Source of the DNA: Octopus vulgaris | Taxonomy: Eukaryota | Length of the DNA stretch: 64,000 bases | Direction: 5' to 3' | Assembly: GCA_951406725.2 (NCBI GenBank) | Contig: OX597828.1 | Coordinates: 67,146,001 to 67,210,000, forward strand | Part shown: positions 1-15,039 of the stretch, piece after piece | Layout: the number at the start of each line of letters is the position of its first letter | Numbering within the stretch: the first letter of the stretch is position 1 | Translations under genes and position numbers: made by a program | The notes under the pieces: generated by a model | What the model saw: only the letters and a program-made list of their open reading frames with translations | What the model was told of the DNA's origin: nothing | The model's database searches: none

Positions 1-409
1 CACACATACACATACGCTCACACGTATACATACGCTCACATACACGTACAATCACACGTACACACAATATCGTATATATAAACATGCACACCAGATAAGC
101 ATACATGTACAGATTAACACACAAACACACACATTCACACCTAGATACAAACTGATGCAGATACCCCCGTAAACACAGGCTACTCGCATCACTTGAAAGA
201 AACAAAATTTTTATTCCTGTTTATTTGTATATTTTTTTGATTAATAAATTATATAAACTAGAAAATAATTTTAAAAAGAAACATTAACGATAACATTTAA
301 AAAAAAAAATTAATTTAGCTTTTAATTCTAAGATAATTTAGACTTGAAGAGAACAGCCGTACAATGCGAAGTATGACTGATAACACCGGTTTCGAGCGTA
401 GTGCATCGG

Positions 410-1180
<771 letters not shown>

Positions 1181-2276
1181 ATCGAACGATAAAAATACAA
1201 ACAACACACACACATTTGTATATGCACAAACACTCACACACACAAACATTCACACACACACACACACATGAATCTTTATGTGTGGGGTTGAGGGTGGGTG
1301 TGTCTCTCTGTATGTATGTATGTATATATATATATGTAATATACATATGTATATATGTATATGTGTATGTGTAGGTGTGTGTATGTATTTATGCATGTGT
1401 AAAGTGAAAGAGATAGAAAATGACATAAAAATTTAATTGGGTGGATTATTTATTTGTTTGTTTATGTGTTTGTTCGTTTTTTTGCTTGTTAGTTTCTTTG
1501 TGTTTCGAGAGAGAGGGACGGAGAAGAGGACAGGTTGGAATGTCACAAGATAAAATATGGCGAAAGAGGGAAAGTGGGGAAGAGAAGATGAGAAAGAGAG
1601 AGAGAGAGAGGGGGGGGAATTTGGTGTGAAAGAAAGAGATAGAGAGAAAGAGGGAGGAGTGGAGTGAAAGAGAAGTGAGGTGTAAGACAGAGGGGTAGAG
1701 ACTAAGAAAGAGAGGTAGCGAGAAAGGGAGGTAGAGAGTAAGAAATTGAGGTAGTGAGAGAGAGAGAGAGAGAGAGAGAGAAGGGGAGAGAAAAATGGAG
1801 TAAAGGGTAGCGAGAAAGAGAGAAAGGTAAAAATGTAAGAAAAAGGAGGTAAAGGAAAGAAAGAGAGGTAGAGATGAAGAGAGAGAGGTAGAGAGAAAGA
1901 GAGAGAGTATGTAAGAAAGGGAGAGAGAAAGAGAGAGGTGAAAAGTAAGAAAGAAGGTGGTCAGGAAGAGAGGGGTAGAGAGTGAAAAAAAAGAGTGAAG
2001 AGAAAAAAAATGAAAGGTAGAGAGAGGAAGAAAGAGAGGTAGAGCGAAAGAAAACTTGATAGTCATTCGGAAAGAGAGAGGTGAGGGGGGGGGGCAAATG
2101 TGCAGAAGAAAAAGAAACAATGTTACAAGTTTGGAACAAATGAGAGGAAAAAAAGTGAGAGACAAAGAGGAGATAAACGTTGAGAGACCTGTGTGTGAGA
2201 TGTGAATGTGTTTGTGTGAGATTTAGAGGGGGAGACGGGTGAGACAAAATGGGTGAATGAGGGAAGGTGTGATAAA

Positions 2277-2326
<50 letters not shown>

Positions 2327-2372
2327 TATACATATATATATGTGTGTGTATGTATGTATATATATATATATG

Positions 2373-2435
<63 letters not shown>

Positions 2436-2438
<3 letters not shown>

Positions 2439-3699
2439 TTCGTCCGCCACTATAAAGGCTTTTTCCATTGCGCCAGAGAAAAATTTGTTTGCTTGTTATC
2501 AGTCGTAAGACACTGTTGTTTTCACCGTTAATGCTTCTGTATTTCATGTTTCTGTATTCCATTATTGTTTTTTGTTTTTTTATATCTGTCCCTTTTGCTG
2601 TCCTGGTGTTCGTATGCATTCGATCCTTCTTCCAGGAAATCTACGCTTCCAGCTTAGTTTTTCTAATGCTCGTTGCTTGGTTTTTCTTGGAGGGCTGGCC
2701 GTGATCTAGTAATCTCAAGATTAATCAGCCGAAATTACTACGATGATCCGGTTCTTGACTGAAGACTGAGGGTTTCGAATGTCCTGTCCGTGTTTATTGT
2801 GTCGTCTTCTAAGAGTTATACGTTCTTGTCCATGTTGTATTTTTCTACATACCTTAACATATATTCCAGGCGCCCCGTACCCCCTTAACATTTATGTGAG
2901 CACATATTCTTAATAATTGGTACGACTCTCTGTTTGTCTCTCTCTCTCTCTCATTTTTACTTGATCTGTCCCCTCTCTCTCTTTTCTCTCTACTCATCCT
3001 CTTTTTCTCTTCTCTTTCCTCTGATTCTTTGGTCTAGTCTTCCACTACCCTCCTATTTCTTTGTCTCGCTCTGCACTCACAGGTCATTCTTCGACACCCA
3101 TCCCTTCTCCTCTCTGATTCCTTCTTTCTCTCTCTTCTCTCTCTTTGTTGCGTTTGTCCCTCCTCTCTCTCTCTCTTCCTTTGCTTCTCTTTCTTTTCTT
3201 TTCCCTCTTCTCTGTCACGTGACTGTTGGCCGAAATCTGCCTTTCAGCCTCTGACCCTCGTTCTGTTAACATCGCTGTTTTCGTCCGCCACTATAAAGGC
3301 TTTTTCCATTGCGCCAGAGAAAAAATTTGTTTGCTTGTTATCAGTCGTAAGACACTGTTGTTTTCACCGTTAATGCTTCTGTATTTCATGTTTCTGTATT
3401 CCATTATTGTTTTTTGTTTTTTTATATCTGTCCCTTTTGCTGTCCTGGTGTTCGTATGCATTCGATCCTTCTTCCAGGAAATCTACGCTTCCAGCTTAGT
3501 TTTTCTAATGCTCGTTGCTTGGTTTTTCTTGGAGGGCTGGCCGTGATCTAGTAATCTCAAGATTAATCAGCCGAAATTACTACGATGATCCGGTTCTTGA
3601 CTGAAGACTGAGGGTTTCGAATGTCCTGTCCGTGTTTATTGTGTCGTCTTCTAAGAGTTATACGTTCTTGTCCATGTTGTATTTTTCTACATACCTTAA
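2436..3699 (+). mobile_element. Partial-tandem (pseudo-LTR-like) non-autonomous element, probably Penelope-like, inserted in (TA)n
   Basis: Near-identical ~422-bp direct repeats at 2436-2857 and 3277-3699, both outer ends abutting TA microsatellite; no TG..CA LTR ends; related fragments at 7321-7440 (+) and 11561-11695 (-), also TA-flanked. Confidence 0.6.
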
Positions 3700-3707
3700 T
3701 ATATATG

Positions 3708-3741
<34 letters not shown>

Positions 3742-4145
3742 TATGTATATATATATATATATATATACATATATATGTATATATATATATATGTATATAT
3801 GTATGGGTTATATTTTGGGATGGTCACTTTTTTAAATACAGCGAGAATTGAGAAAGAGAGGAAGAGTGGAAGAGAGATAAATTGCTAGACTTATAGAAAG
3901 TGGTCTTTTGTGTGAATAGAGTGTAATAATGCAACAAGGATAATAATAATAATAAGAAGAACAATGAAAAGGGATTTAAAGATGAGTGTGATGGTGGTGG
4001 TGGTGGTGGTGTGTCAAAAAGTGAGAGAGACGAATGGTATGGTACAGAATGGATGAAATGGAGACGGAAAACAACAGAGAATGTGAGAGAATAAGAGCGA
4101 CCGAGAGAGATAAGGTGATTGAAAGAATATTTTTACTTTGGTATC

Positions 4146-4185
<40 letters not shown>

Positions 4186-4204
4186 TTATGTATGTATATA
4201 TAAA

Positions 4205-5893
4205 CATCCCGTTTGAGTTTTTCACGCACGAGGGTGGGGCCTGAACTGAGAAATCATCTGATGCTTCTTATTCTCAAGATCTAGGAAAGCAAGAACCCAA
4301 CGAACGAGTTCCGCGATGCAACTATCAGCACCACCTACAAGAATGAAGACCGAGAGGATTGCAACAACTATCGGGGCATCTCACTCCAGAGTATTGAAAA
4401 GTAAGATCTTCGCCCGTATCCAACTCAATCGCCTCCTTATTCCCGCGAAAGACGTCCTCCCTGAGTCCCTGTGTGGCTTCTGACCCTCTGGAGGCACAAT
4501 CGACATGATCTTTTGTGCCCGTCAACTCCAGAAGTGTCAGGAACAACAACAGCCAGCAATGTTTATCTGGGATCTAAAGAAAGCCTTTGACAAAGTCCCC
4601 CGTCCTACAATGTGGGCCGTCCCTTCCCGGTTTGGATGTCCGGAGGACTTCATTGCCCTGGTCCACTACCTCCACGACGCCACGGTGGGTAGAGTATGCC
4701 ATCAAAATGCGCTCACAGACCCGTTTCCCATCATTGGAGTGTCTTAAGCAAGGATGCTTCCTGGCACCAACATGTTTCTCTTTGTACATGGCCGCTATGT
4801 TCAAATAAATCCCACTAGCCTCGCCCTCCATCAACATGCGCTATCGCTTGGATGGCAGATTCTTCAATCTCGCATGTCTCCGCGCAAAGACGAGGATCTC
4901 CACCATCTCAGTCCGTGAGATGCGGTATGCCGACGATGGCCTACAAAGGACGGCCGATCTTTACAACGCGGCTTACGAACGCTTCGGTATGCAGGTAAAC
5001 ACATTAAAGACCAAGACACTGACCCGACCTGCACCAGGCCAGAACAATCCACCCACAAACATTAGGCATCAACGGCCAACCGAGAAGAAGTTGAACACTT
5101 CACATACCTTGGAAGTATCCTTTCGAAGACCCCCCCCATGTGTGAAAAGGACATGGAGAACCGGATTAGGGCGGCCCACTCCGCCTTCGGCAGACTCAGC
5201 CGACGTGTATTCTTCAATCACGCGCTGACCAGACATGCCATTGTCATGTGTCCTGTCTATTCTACTCTACGCTTGTGAGACTAGGACGTTGTACCGCCGT
5301 GACTTCAAGCGCCTTGAATGCTTCCAGCAATCGAAGCTACGACAGATCTTTAACATGCAATGGGAAGATCACGTTATCAACAACAACGTTCTTCGCTGCA
5401 CCTCACTACAGAGTGTCGAAGCCACCATTCTTCGCCATCGTCTCCGCTGGGCAGGTCACGTCCAGCGTATGGAGCCCTCTCGTTTCCCGAGGATCATGCT
5501 CTACGGAGAACTTGCAATCGGAACAAGACCCAGAGGAGGCCTGAAATTCCGTTTTAAAGTCCAGCTCAAACGGCCCTTGGCTCAAGCTAACATCCAGCCA
5601 TCCTAATGGGAACAGATTGCCATGGCTAGGACAGCCTGGAGTACTGTTATCCGCAATGGAGCCATCTCCTTCGAGCAGAACATACAACAGAATGAGGAGG
5701 CAAAACGCAGAAGAAGAAAGGAGCGTCTTCAACATCCTCGACCTGCACCGAACATCACGTGCGAGTTCTGCTCATAACTCTTTCACCTCCGACTTGGACT
5801 CCAACGTCACTTCCGGCACAAACATCAACCGAGGAGACTGAATGGAAACTGACGAACCGAATGGTCAGATAGGATCTAGAGCTTCAGCCGACA
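4205..5893 (+). mobile_element. 5'-truncated decayed RTE-clade LINE (RT and C-terminal Zn finger)
   Basis: Frameshifted pieces DCNNYRGISL, MIFCARQLQKCQEQ, DLKKAFD, KQGCFLAP, YADD, RLRWAGHVQRM..PRIMLYGEL and a C2H2-like end. Confidence 0.92.
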
Positions 5894-6367
5894 TAGATAC
5901 ACATACACATGTACACCCAAAACCACCCCCACACATACGCACACACACAGACGCACACAAACACACATGCACATGCGCGCACACACACACTACCTTAAGC
6001 TACACTTAAACTAACTTAGCACACCTTTCATTAACATACGTAGGAGCTAAGAAACAATATGGTGTCCTGTACGTGCGTACGTTCGTGCTCAGAAACACAC
6101 ATATGCGCACATACCTGTACACATCCACATTGGTCTGAGCATTGACAAACATACACACACACATACGCACATGTACACACGCACACGGGAGAAAACTCAC
6201 ACATATGCACGCATTCATTTCCCTACATGCACTCACTCCTTCCCTACACACATATGCATACAAATATCCACACCCATATGTACACAATACACGTACACGT
6301 ACACATTTATGTACAGAAAATACTCGCACCTACACACACACACACCACAGGTGTACATGCACATTAT

Positions 6368-6735
6368 GTGGAAGCACTCCGTCGGTTACGACGATGAGTG
6401 TTCCGGTTGATCCGAATCAACGGAACAGCCTGCTCGTGAAATTAACGTGTAAGTGGCTGAGCACTCCACAGACACGTGCACCCTTAACGTAGTTCTCGGG
6501 GATATTCAGCGTGACACAGAGAGTGACAAGGCCGACCTCTTGAAATACAGGTACAACAGAAACAGGAAGTAAGAGTGAGAGAAAGTTGTGGTGATCACCA
6601 CCCCCTGCCGGAGCCTCGTGGAGCTTTTAGGTGTTTTCGCTCAATAAACACTCACAACGCCCGGTGTGGGAATCGAAACCGCGGTCCTATGACCGCGAGT
6701 CCGCTGCCCTAACCACTGGGCCATTGCGCCTCCAC
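6368..6735 (-). mobile_element. tRNA-derived SINE family A
   Basis: Minus-strand head gtggaggcgcaatggcccagtggttagggcagcgg...ggtttcgattccc (A/B boxes); 11-bp TSD ATGCACATTAT at 6357-6367 and 6736-6746. Confidence 0.9.
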
Positions 6736-6924
6736 ATGCACATTATACATACTGTCAGTTATACAAAACAAACGTCAACTCTAAAAATAGTCGCCATTTT
6801 AGTTTTCATAATAGTTTAGTTTTGTTCGTGTGCTTGTGGTTTCTTTTTTTCTTTGTATTTTCTTCCCCTTTTTCTGTCTCTGTCTCAATTTATCTTCAAC
6901 AATCATTGCTCTCTTTCTCTCCCA

Positions 6925-6988
<64 letters not shown>

Positions 6989-7250
6989 ATTTATGTGTGT
7001 GAACGTGTGTGTGTGTGTGTCTGTCTGTCTGTCTGCGTGCGTATGTATTATGTGTGTGTTTCTTTCACAGAGCCAGAGCCACTTTCACCACATTACCCAA
7101 ATCTCTTTCCTTCTTCCTTGCTTTCTATCATTTACTCTTTCTCCCACTATTAGCGTTCCCTCTTTCAGTATCTTTCTCTTTATTTCCCTCTTCTTTTAAC
7201 TCCCTCTCTTCATTCAAATATAAATTTATTGTTTGCTTTTATTTAAATAC

Positions 7251-7322
<72 letters not shown>

Positions 7323-7435
7323 CCGAAATTGCGAGGATGATCCGGTTCTTGACTGAAGATTGAAGGATTCGAATGTCCCGTCCGTGTTTTTTGTATCGTC
7401 TTCTAAATGTTTTGCGTTCTTGTCCCAGTTTGTAT

Positions 7436-7541
<106 letters not shown>

Positions 7542-7774
7542 GTTTACGATAGTTGGCTTATGGAAAAGATTATAATTTTAAATGTTTGTAATGCAAATAT
7601 GTCAATGAAAATAAAGTTTAGCTGATAGTGGAAATAGTGCTGAATTTTTTGATACTCCATACGTCAAAATCAGCAACTCGGTTTTGGAATGCATAAGGAA
7701 CATACGCGCACACACAAACTCTCTTTCATACATATATAGATATAGATAAAACAATATATATATATGTATAATGT

Positions 7775-7985
7775 ATTTGTGTGTCAGTGTTTGTCACCCC
7801 CAGCATCGGTTGACAACCGGTGTTGGTGTGTTTACGTAACTTAGTGGTTCGGCAAAAATATCAGATAGAATAAGTACTAGGCTTACAAAGAATAAGTTCT
7901 GGGGTCGATTTGTTCGACTAAAGTTGGTGCTCCTCCAGCATGGCCGCAGTCAGATGACTGGAACAAGTAAAAGAATAAAAGAGTA
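7775..7985 (+). mobile_element. SINE family C, 3' half
   Basis: Matches the 3' half of the full copy at 60882-61279. Confidence 0.8.
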
Positions 7986-8024
7986 TGTGTGCGTGTGTGT
8001 GTGTGTGTGTGTTTGTGTTGAATA

Positions 8025-8620
8025 AAATGAGACAAGGCTAAGGCAGTATGAAATTTTTAGGACATTTATAAAGAGAAAGGTAGTCTTACAGCTGTTTCAA
8101 GAATATGAGGGAAATCTTTTCATCGGGAACGATATAAAAGGAAAATAGTAATAAAAGAGAAATATAGGGAAATAGTAGAGTTCAATATACGAAGTTATTT
8201 TGGAAAAGGAGAGATTTAGGAAGTATAAAGAGAAATAAGACATTTTAAATTCATGCACAACATTCGTTTTGGTCCTACTGCTGTTGTGGTAGGTTTTAGG
8301 AGAGGCATCCAGTGTCTCTGATCAGTTGATCTATATGCGTTGTGTTCGGGCGACCTGCTCGAGAACAGACATGCTTTGACGTCCACAGCAGTAGATCATT
8401 TGTCACATCGGCTCGTTGTAAGTTTGCCTTTTATTGCCTTCAAAAGTTTGTGTTTGTATAATATTTTTTATGTAAAAGTTGTGCAACAACTAATACATTC
8501 GGTTGTGCAAATTCTTTGCACGGGAAACCTGCCCTGTGTGGCGTGTTTCCCGATTTTGTAAATATGTCTTCGGCTTTCTAAGCCATTTCTGTTTTGAGGA
8601 TGGCGTCTTCAAGCCATATG
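8025..8620 (-). mobile_element. Decayed Penelope-like 3' region with hammerhead-like terminus
   Basis: Minus strand reads ccgatga-aaaga...tctt-gaaacagctgta at 8084-8130; upstream weak Cys-rich / IYC remnants compatible with a PLE linker and GIY-YIG domain. Confidence 0.45.
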
Positions 8621-8639
8621 AAGTCGTCGTTGAAAGGAA

Positions 8640-9360
8640 CGCCGGTCTCCTTGACAACGCTTACGACGTTGACTTCCCTACCCTGCCTTCCCCACAGCTT
8701 CATGAAGAGGGGAAGGAGGGGAGGAGCAACACAGGTGCAGGTGTGAGCAGGAACGCCGCCGCCGCCGCCGCCGACACACGAAAAATTGGAAGCACGCAGA
8801 CGACAGCTTCACAGTCAACTACGACTACGGACAACTCTGCACAAACATCACCACCAACACCACCACCACCACCAGCCACGACCACCACCACCACAGCCAC
8901 GACGACGACCACCACCACCACAGCCACGACCTCCACCACCACCACAGCCACGACCACCACCACCACAGCCACGAAGACCACCACCACCACCACAGCCACG
9001 ACCTCCACCACCACCACAGCCACGACCACCACCACCACAGCCACGAAGACCACCACCACCACCACAGCCACGACCTCCACCACCACCACCACAGCCACGA
9101 CCACCACCACCACAGCCACGACCACGACCACCACAAAAAAGACAAATTTCGCAGAAGCAATAAGACCAAAAGGGATAATTTTAAGTTTCACTGCTCAACA
9201 AATACAAGACAAAAGATCGTTACTCACCAAAGAAGGCGACACATTACACCTAAACATTCCACGTAACATTTTGGAAGAAGCACAAAAGAAAACGATCATT
9301 TACAAAATTCTAAACACAAAAACAAAAAAAACAAAAACCCAGAAAGCCCAGCAACAGAAA
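8640..9360 (+). pseudogene. Thr-rich ORF, probably ORF1 remnant of an L1/Tx1-like LINE
   Basis: Open frame within 8503-9426 with DFPTL and NFAEAIR motifs around an (ACC)n-derived array; KKTIIYKILN resembles KEKTIVYKVYN at ~23570. Confidence 0.45.
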
Positions 9361-10210
9361 AGATTGAGAAGTGCCTCGCTTCTTTTGGCACTTTTGAAAT
9401 TATGTGATTTGTCAGCTCTTATTTAGCTCGCCAGCAATATCCCGAAGAGCACAAACGCCTTTTCCGTATAATGGTGGAAACAGGTACGAGGAATTTTTCG
9501 AAGGTAGGGCTCAAGTTCAGAAGGGAATACAATTCCAGGAGAAAAGGGAGTAATAACATTATTTAGAGGGCCCACTTCTTCTCTTGAGGGGAGCACATGC
9601 CCCTCAGCCCTACCTCCGGGTCTGCCCATGGTTTGTAACAGTGTGTTTAATATGATTCGTTTTACTTTAGATGTAGCATTGTTGTTGAGATTGATACAGA
9701 CTTAGTAGTTCTTTCTGTAGCTTTTTGGAATCGGCTTCATTTGAGGGGCTTGAATGAATAAGTTTAGCTTGAGCCGCTTCTTTGGGGTGTTTTCTCTTGT
9801 TTATTATTTCTTGGTCATCACAGTCAATGCATTTATTAGTTCTTGCCTTTGTAAGTATGACCTCTTTTGCAACTTCTCTATGGAATGTTACAAAACTGTG
9901 TTGGGGTTGTTTTTCGTTTCCATTTTGTAGTTGCTCAAATCTGTTTCTAACTGCTATGGTGTACTGATTGCGGATTTCGCTGCAGTTGAATAAACTAACC
10001 AGTCATAGATTCTGATTTGTGTTTTTAGCTGTGACTATAGAATGGACCTTTTTATTTTGATGGAATATTATAGTGCAAGTGGGAAATGATTGGTAGTGTA
10101 ACACGGTGAGATGTACATTCATGAGAGCAAAAATGGACGTATCTTTAGGTAGATATTGTCGGTATATACAGTTATATATATATTAGTGTGAAATAAAAGA
10201 ATATATAAGC

Positions 10211-10243
<33 letters not shown>

Positions 10244-10593
10244 TGTATGTATGTATGTATGTATGTATGTATGTATGTATGTATGTATGTATGTATAATG
10301 TAAGTATAATGGATGCATAGCAGTGAAAACTATTGATTTTACCACGCGGTATGAAGGGTTAGGGTTAGAGTTAGGAATCGCCAAGAGTATGAATGTATGT
10401 ATGTATGCGTGTGCCTAAGAAAATACATAAATGCATAAAAGCTTAATACGTAGACTAACAGTGACAGAACTGGCCCTGGTGTCGCGATTAGCCAGTGAGC
10501 TTGTTAAAAAATATTGATTCGCGACATAATCAGTAGTATTACCGACAGGTAATATCCCCACTTAAATGTGGGGATAAATACATACATACATGC

Positions 10594-10640
<47 letters not shown>

Positions 10641-10681
10641 AATGAAAGACAGAAGATGGAATATACTAGAATTTATTATTA

Positions 10682-10789
10682 ATCACGGCAATTATTTCGA
10701 CACATCTTTCATCGATTTCCCTTGGAGTGGGGACAGTCAACAACTGGTTCAGGAGTATCCGGTGGTGCCGATGTATCGCGTCAGGTGAT
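10682..10789 (-). ncRNA. Degenerate type I hammerhead-like motif
   Basis: Minus strand: atcac-CTGACGC-gatacatc-(long loop)-gatgtgtc-GAAA-taattgcc-gtgat; stems I and II pair, but the core (A9) and cleavage triplet are altered. Confidence 0.5.
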
Positions 10790-11166
10790 AAATAAATACA
10801 ACTCGTTAAAATGACCGTTCCGCAATGTAACATTCCGTTTTGTAGAGAGAAAAGCAACCAGACGGAGGAAATATCTTCATTTATATAGAAGACCAAAAGT
10901 AAAATCACGGATGGCAAAAAGAGAAACGATCAGGCAATCCAGCGAGAAAAGTATTAAAAATAACCGTTTACAGATATGGATGTATAAACGCCCTCGAGCA
11001 AGCTGCATGGCGCGAGTACACTCACTCATACAAACATCCGCAAAAATGTAAGCATATGCACACGTAAGGTTTGGTGCACTTATGGTCACAAAGCGAGTTA
11101 GATATCTACTTGGTGTTTATAATATAATATAATATGATATAATATAATATAATATAATATAATATG

Positions 11167-11250
<84 letters not shown>

Positions 11251-11493
11251 CAAAACGTAGAGTAGATGAAACCATGGCGACTGAAGAAGGGGTTTTTTCC
11301 TTGTGTTATTTGTCCTGACTCTATTTTTTTTTTTAAGAAAAATGTCCAGTTCCTTGGGTTTGTGTCTATGTTTTCGTTTCTCATTGTGTTCGACGTTTTT
11401 TTGGTGTCCTGTTCTCATATATGCGTGTATATATACATGTAGAGGTAGGTACGTACATATATGTATATATATATGCATATGTTTTATTTATTA

Positions 11494-11568
<75 letters not shown>

Positions 11569-12231
11569 CAAAATGGGACAAGAACGCAAAACATCCAGAT
11601 ATACGATAGACGAGGCCTTTAATCTTCAGTCAAGAACCGGATCATCCTCGCAATTTCGGCTGATTAATCTTGAGCTTGCTCCAATCTGGCCAGATAATAA
11701 TGAAAACGTATATATATTTTATTACTATTTTTTAATTATTATTTTGCAATTAACTTAATCATCGGAATATTATTATTTTAATTTTAATATTTCTATTATA
11801 TGTAATTTTCTAGATGATGCAATTTAATTGTTAATTTTGAATTGATAAAAGGTGTTTTTTTTCTAATATTTAAATATATATATATATATATAATATTTTG
11901 TGAAATTTGATTTGGTATTTCTAAATTGAATTTTTCCCTGTAAGTTAGGAATAATATTCCCTCAAATAATTATTATATATATATATATATATATATAGCG
12001 GTGTGCACAAATAGATATGCAGTAAGTATCATATAAATAATACTTATTAAATTAATTAGCCTCATTTTTGATATTTTCAGTGTCATTAATCATAATAATA
12101 CATTTATCATAACTATAATAATACTTTTATCGAAACTTAATTTTTTTGATAAAAATGAATGTGTATTGTACGTGTTTTCTCTTTTCATAACGGTCTACCT
12201 ACTTTTGCGCCGTTCTGTATATGTGTGTGTA

Positions 12232-12262
<31 letters not shown>

Positions 12263-12302
12263 TATATAATAGATAGGTAGATAGATAGATAGATAGAGAG
12301 AG

Positions 12303-12369
<67 letters not shown>

Positions 12370-12859
12370 CAGATTGATAGATAGAAATAAAAATATTTCT
12401 ATGTATACATGTTTAAACCAATTGAATGAACATGTGCGTATGTATAAGGGTGCGAGCGAATAAGTTCTTCCTGTGTGATAGCATCTATTAATGATTGATC
12501 AAGCGACCGTGATGGTAACCAGAGACAGCTAAAATGAAGTTTACGAGTAGACTGGTAGATGGCATCCCGGTGGGGTAATAAGTTGACCACGCGTCCTTTA
12601 AAGAGAAACACTTCCAGATAAAAGCGATAAGGAATTCTTCTAGTTTATATTTTAGCAACATTATTATAGTAGAGCAGTGGTTCTCAATTATTTTTCTCTC
12701 TCTGGACCCCTTTGATTCCTACTTCATTCTACTGGACCCTAATATAACTTCAATGTTTTTTAAAAAAGGGGGTGCTATTATATTTTTTATAATCACTGGT
12801 CGTATATATGCAGTAAATATAGAGGACATTCCTGTAGAACAATGATTATTGTTTCAGCG

Positions 12860-13290
12860 GAAGAAACCTGTGTCCATAATAGTGTGGGCGGGTGTGACCT
12901 CAAATGGCATGAAAACCCCTCTAATCTTCATTGAAGAGGCGGTAAAAATGAACCAATATGTCTAGTTGGGTTATTGCAACAATGGCGGGCGAACGAGTAA
13001 CTCTGTAACAAGATGGTGCAACATATACAGCTAAAAAAGTCCAAGAATGGTGTCGAGAAAATTTCAAGGCGTTCTGGTTGAAAGAGTTCTGCCCACCCCT
13101 CTTCACCCAACCTGAACCCGATGGATTTTGACATATGGTCTATACTTGAGAGCCATGCCTGAGCAAATTCTCACGCAAGTCTCAATGCTCTTGCGAAAAT
13201 GCTGAGACAAACTCTCCGAAGAAACTGTTCGTGCCACTTGCTCCCCAGTGGTTCCCAGACTCCACCAAGGGTTGATATATTGAAAATTAA
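12860..13290 (+). mobile_element. Tc1/mariner (maT/DD37D-like) transposase relic
   Basis: QDGAT..TAKKVQEWCRENFKAFWLKEF and SSPNLNPMDFDIWSILE with frameshifts. Confidence 0.8.
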
Positions 13291-14517
13291 ATATATCATC
13301 TTAGTCTACATTCTCTGGGCATATTTAAGTTCCATGTCCTTTTGTATTGAATGGTGGAATGGCACCGACTGAAATGTCTTTAATCATAAGTCGTTCTATT
13401 AGTATTGACCTAGATCTAAACAAAAACAAGAAAATCTCCAGGTATACCATACCACCAACCATTATGAGCCGACGACGAAACTTTTTAGGTGGTGAAAATA
13501 GCAGCCAAATTTTTCTCATATCAAATTCTATCGTCTTACAGGATAGTTATGGCTTCAACACGTTTGGTTATATATCTACTCGGTCTAAACTGACCTGGGG
13601 TTGGACAAAAACAGCATAAAAATTGTCACACTCTACCGACATCACAATTATTGCCACTTCCACTACCAACGCCACCTCTAACATCAATAGCTAACTCTCC
13701 GATATTTCCAACATCATCTTCACCACCATCAACACCGTCACCCCCATCATTCACACGCTTCACAATGACTCAAGTTCCGCTGTTACCACTGACGTCACCA
13801 GCACCAGCACCACCACCAAATCTACTACCACTCCCACCACCACCACCACCAAATCTACTACCACTCCCACCACCACAACCACCACCGCTACCACGACGAC
13901 CACCACCAAAACTATACAATCTTTGATAATGACCATTGTCAACGGCAACAAGAATGAGAAGAAAAAAAAACTGAAATAATAATAATAACAATAATAATGA
14001 AACAAATTATTTGAAACTAAAACTCTTAACAGCTGGTAATAAATGATGTCGATGCAACTTAGTTTCATTTCCTCCCACCGTCGCCTTTCTTTGATTCCTT
14101 GTTTCTCTTCTGTCTTTCGATTTTCGCGTTTTTCTTGTTTTTGTTTTGATTTTGCTTTTGTGTTTTTCTTTCCTTTGGCTTCGGTTTACTTTTACCAATC
14201 GATAAAAGGAGAGAGGAGCAAAGAAGTGAAGGACGAGAAATAGAAAGAGAAAGAATAAGAGTGGTGACAAGGTGGAAGTGGGAAAGGAGAGAAGGAGGAG
14301 GAGGCGGGAAAATATACTCAACGGTTTGATTTCCAAAGATAGCCAATAGCCATAACCAATATCATTGGAAACATCAGTTCATCAGTGCATCGGTGCCATG
14401 CGTGCCGAAGAAGAAGAAGAAGAATGACGAAAGTGTGAGTGACAGAAGGGGAAAGGAAAAGGAATGCATATACGTGTGTATAGTTCTAAGTATATATATA
14501 TTATACATATATGTATA

Positions 14518-14618
<101 letters not shown>

Positions 14619-14782
14619 ATATGTATGTATATGACATTTTATATATGAAAAATTGTTTTTCTATCCTTTTTTCTCTCTTCACACTTTTCCTTCGTCGCAG
14701 GCAAACAGCCAAACCGCACACACATGTATGTACATACATGCACAAACACATACATACATACATACATACATACATACATACA

Positions 14783-14881
<99 letters not shown>

Positions 14882-15039
14882 TATCTAAAATTCTACCGAA
14901 ACAGCTGTCGTAAATTTTAAATTACATTTGTGTTCTTTTACAATTAAACTACATTTGTGTCCCAGAAAGATTTACCCATTGATATTTCTTAATTATTCAA
15001 AATATACTTAAAGTACGATAATGAAATTTGACACACACG

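Noticed and set aside
2759-2785. ctgaaga...gaatgtc as a hammerhead; also ctgaagaagggg at 11281
   Set aside because: No proper stem II plus GAAA; core incomplete.
13651-13991. Pro-rich or Gly-rich ORF
   Set aside because: (CCA)n-derived low-complexity tract with a short local duplication; no domain or splice support.
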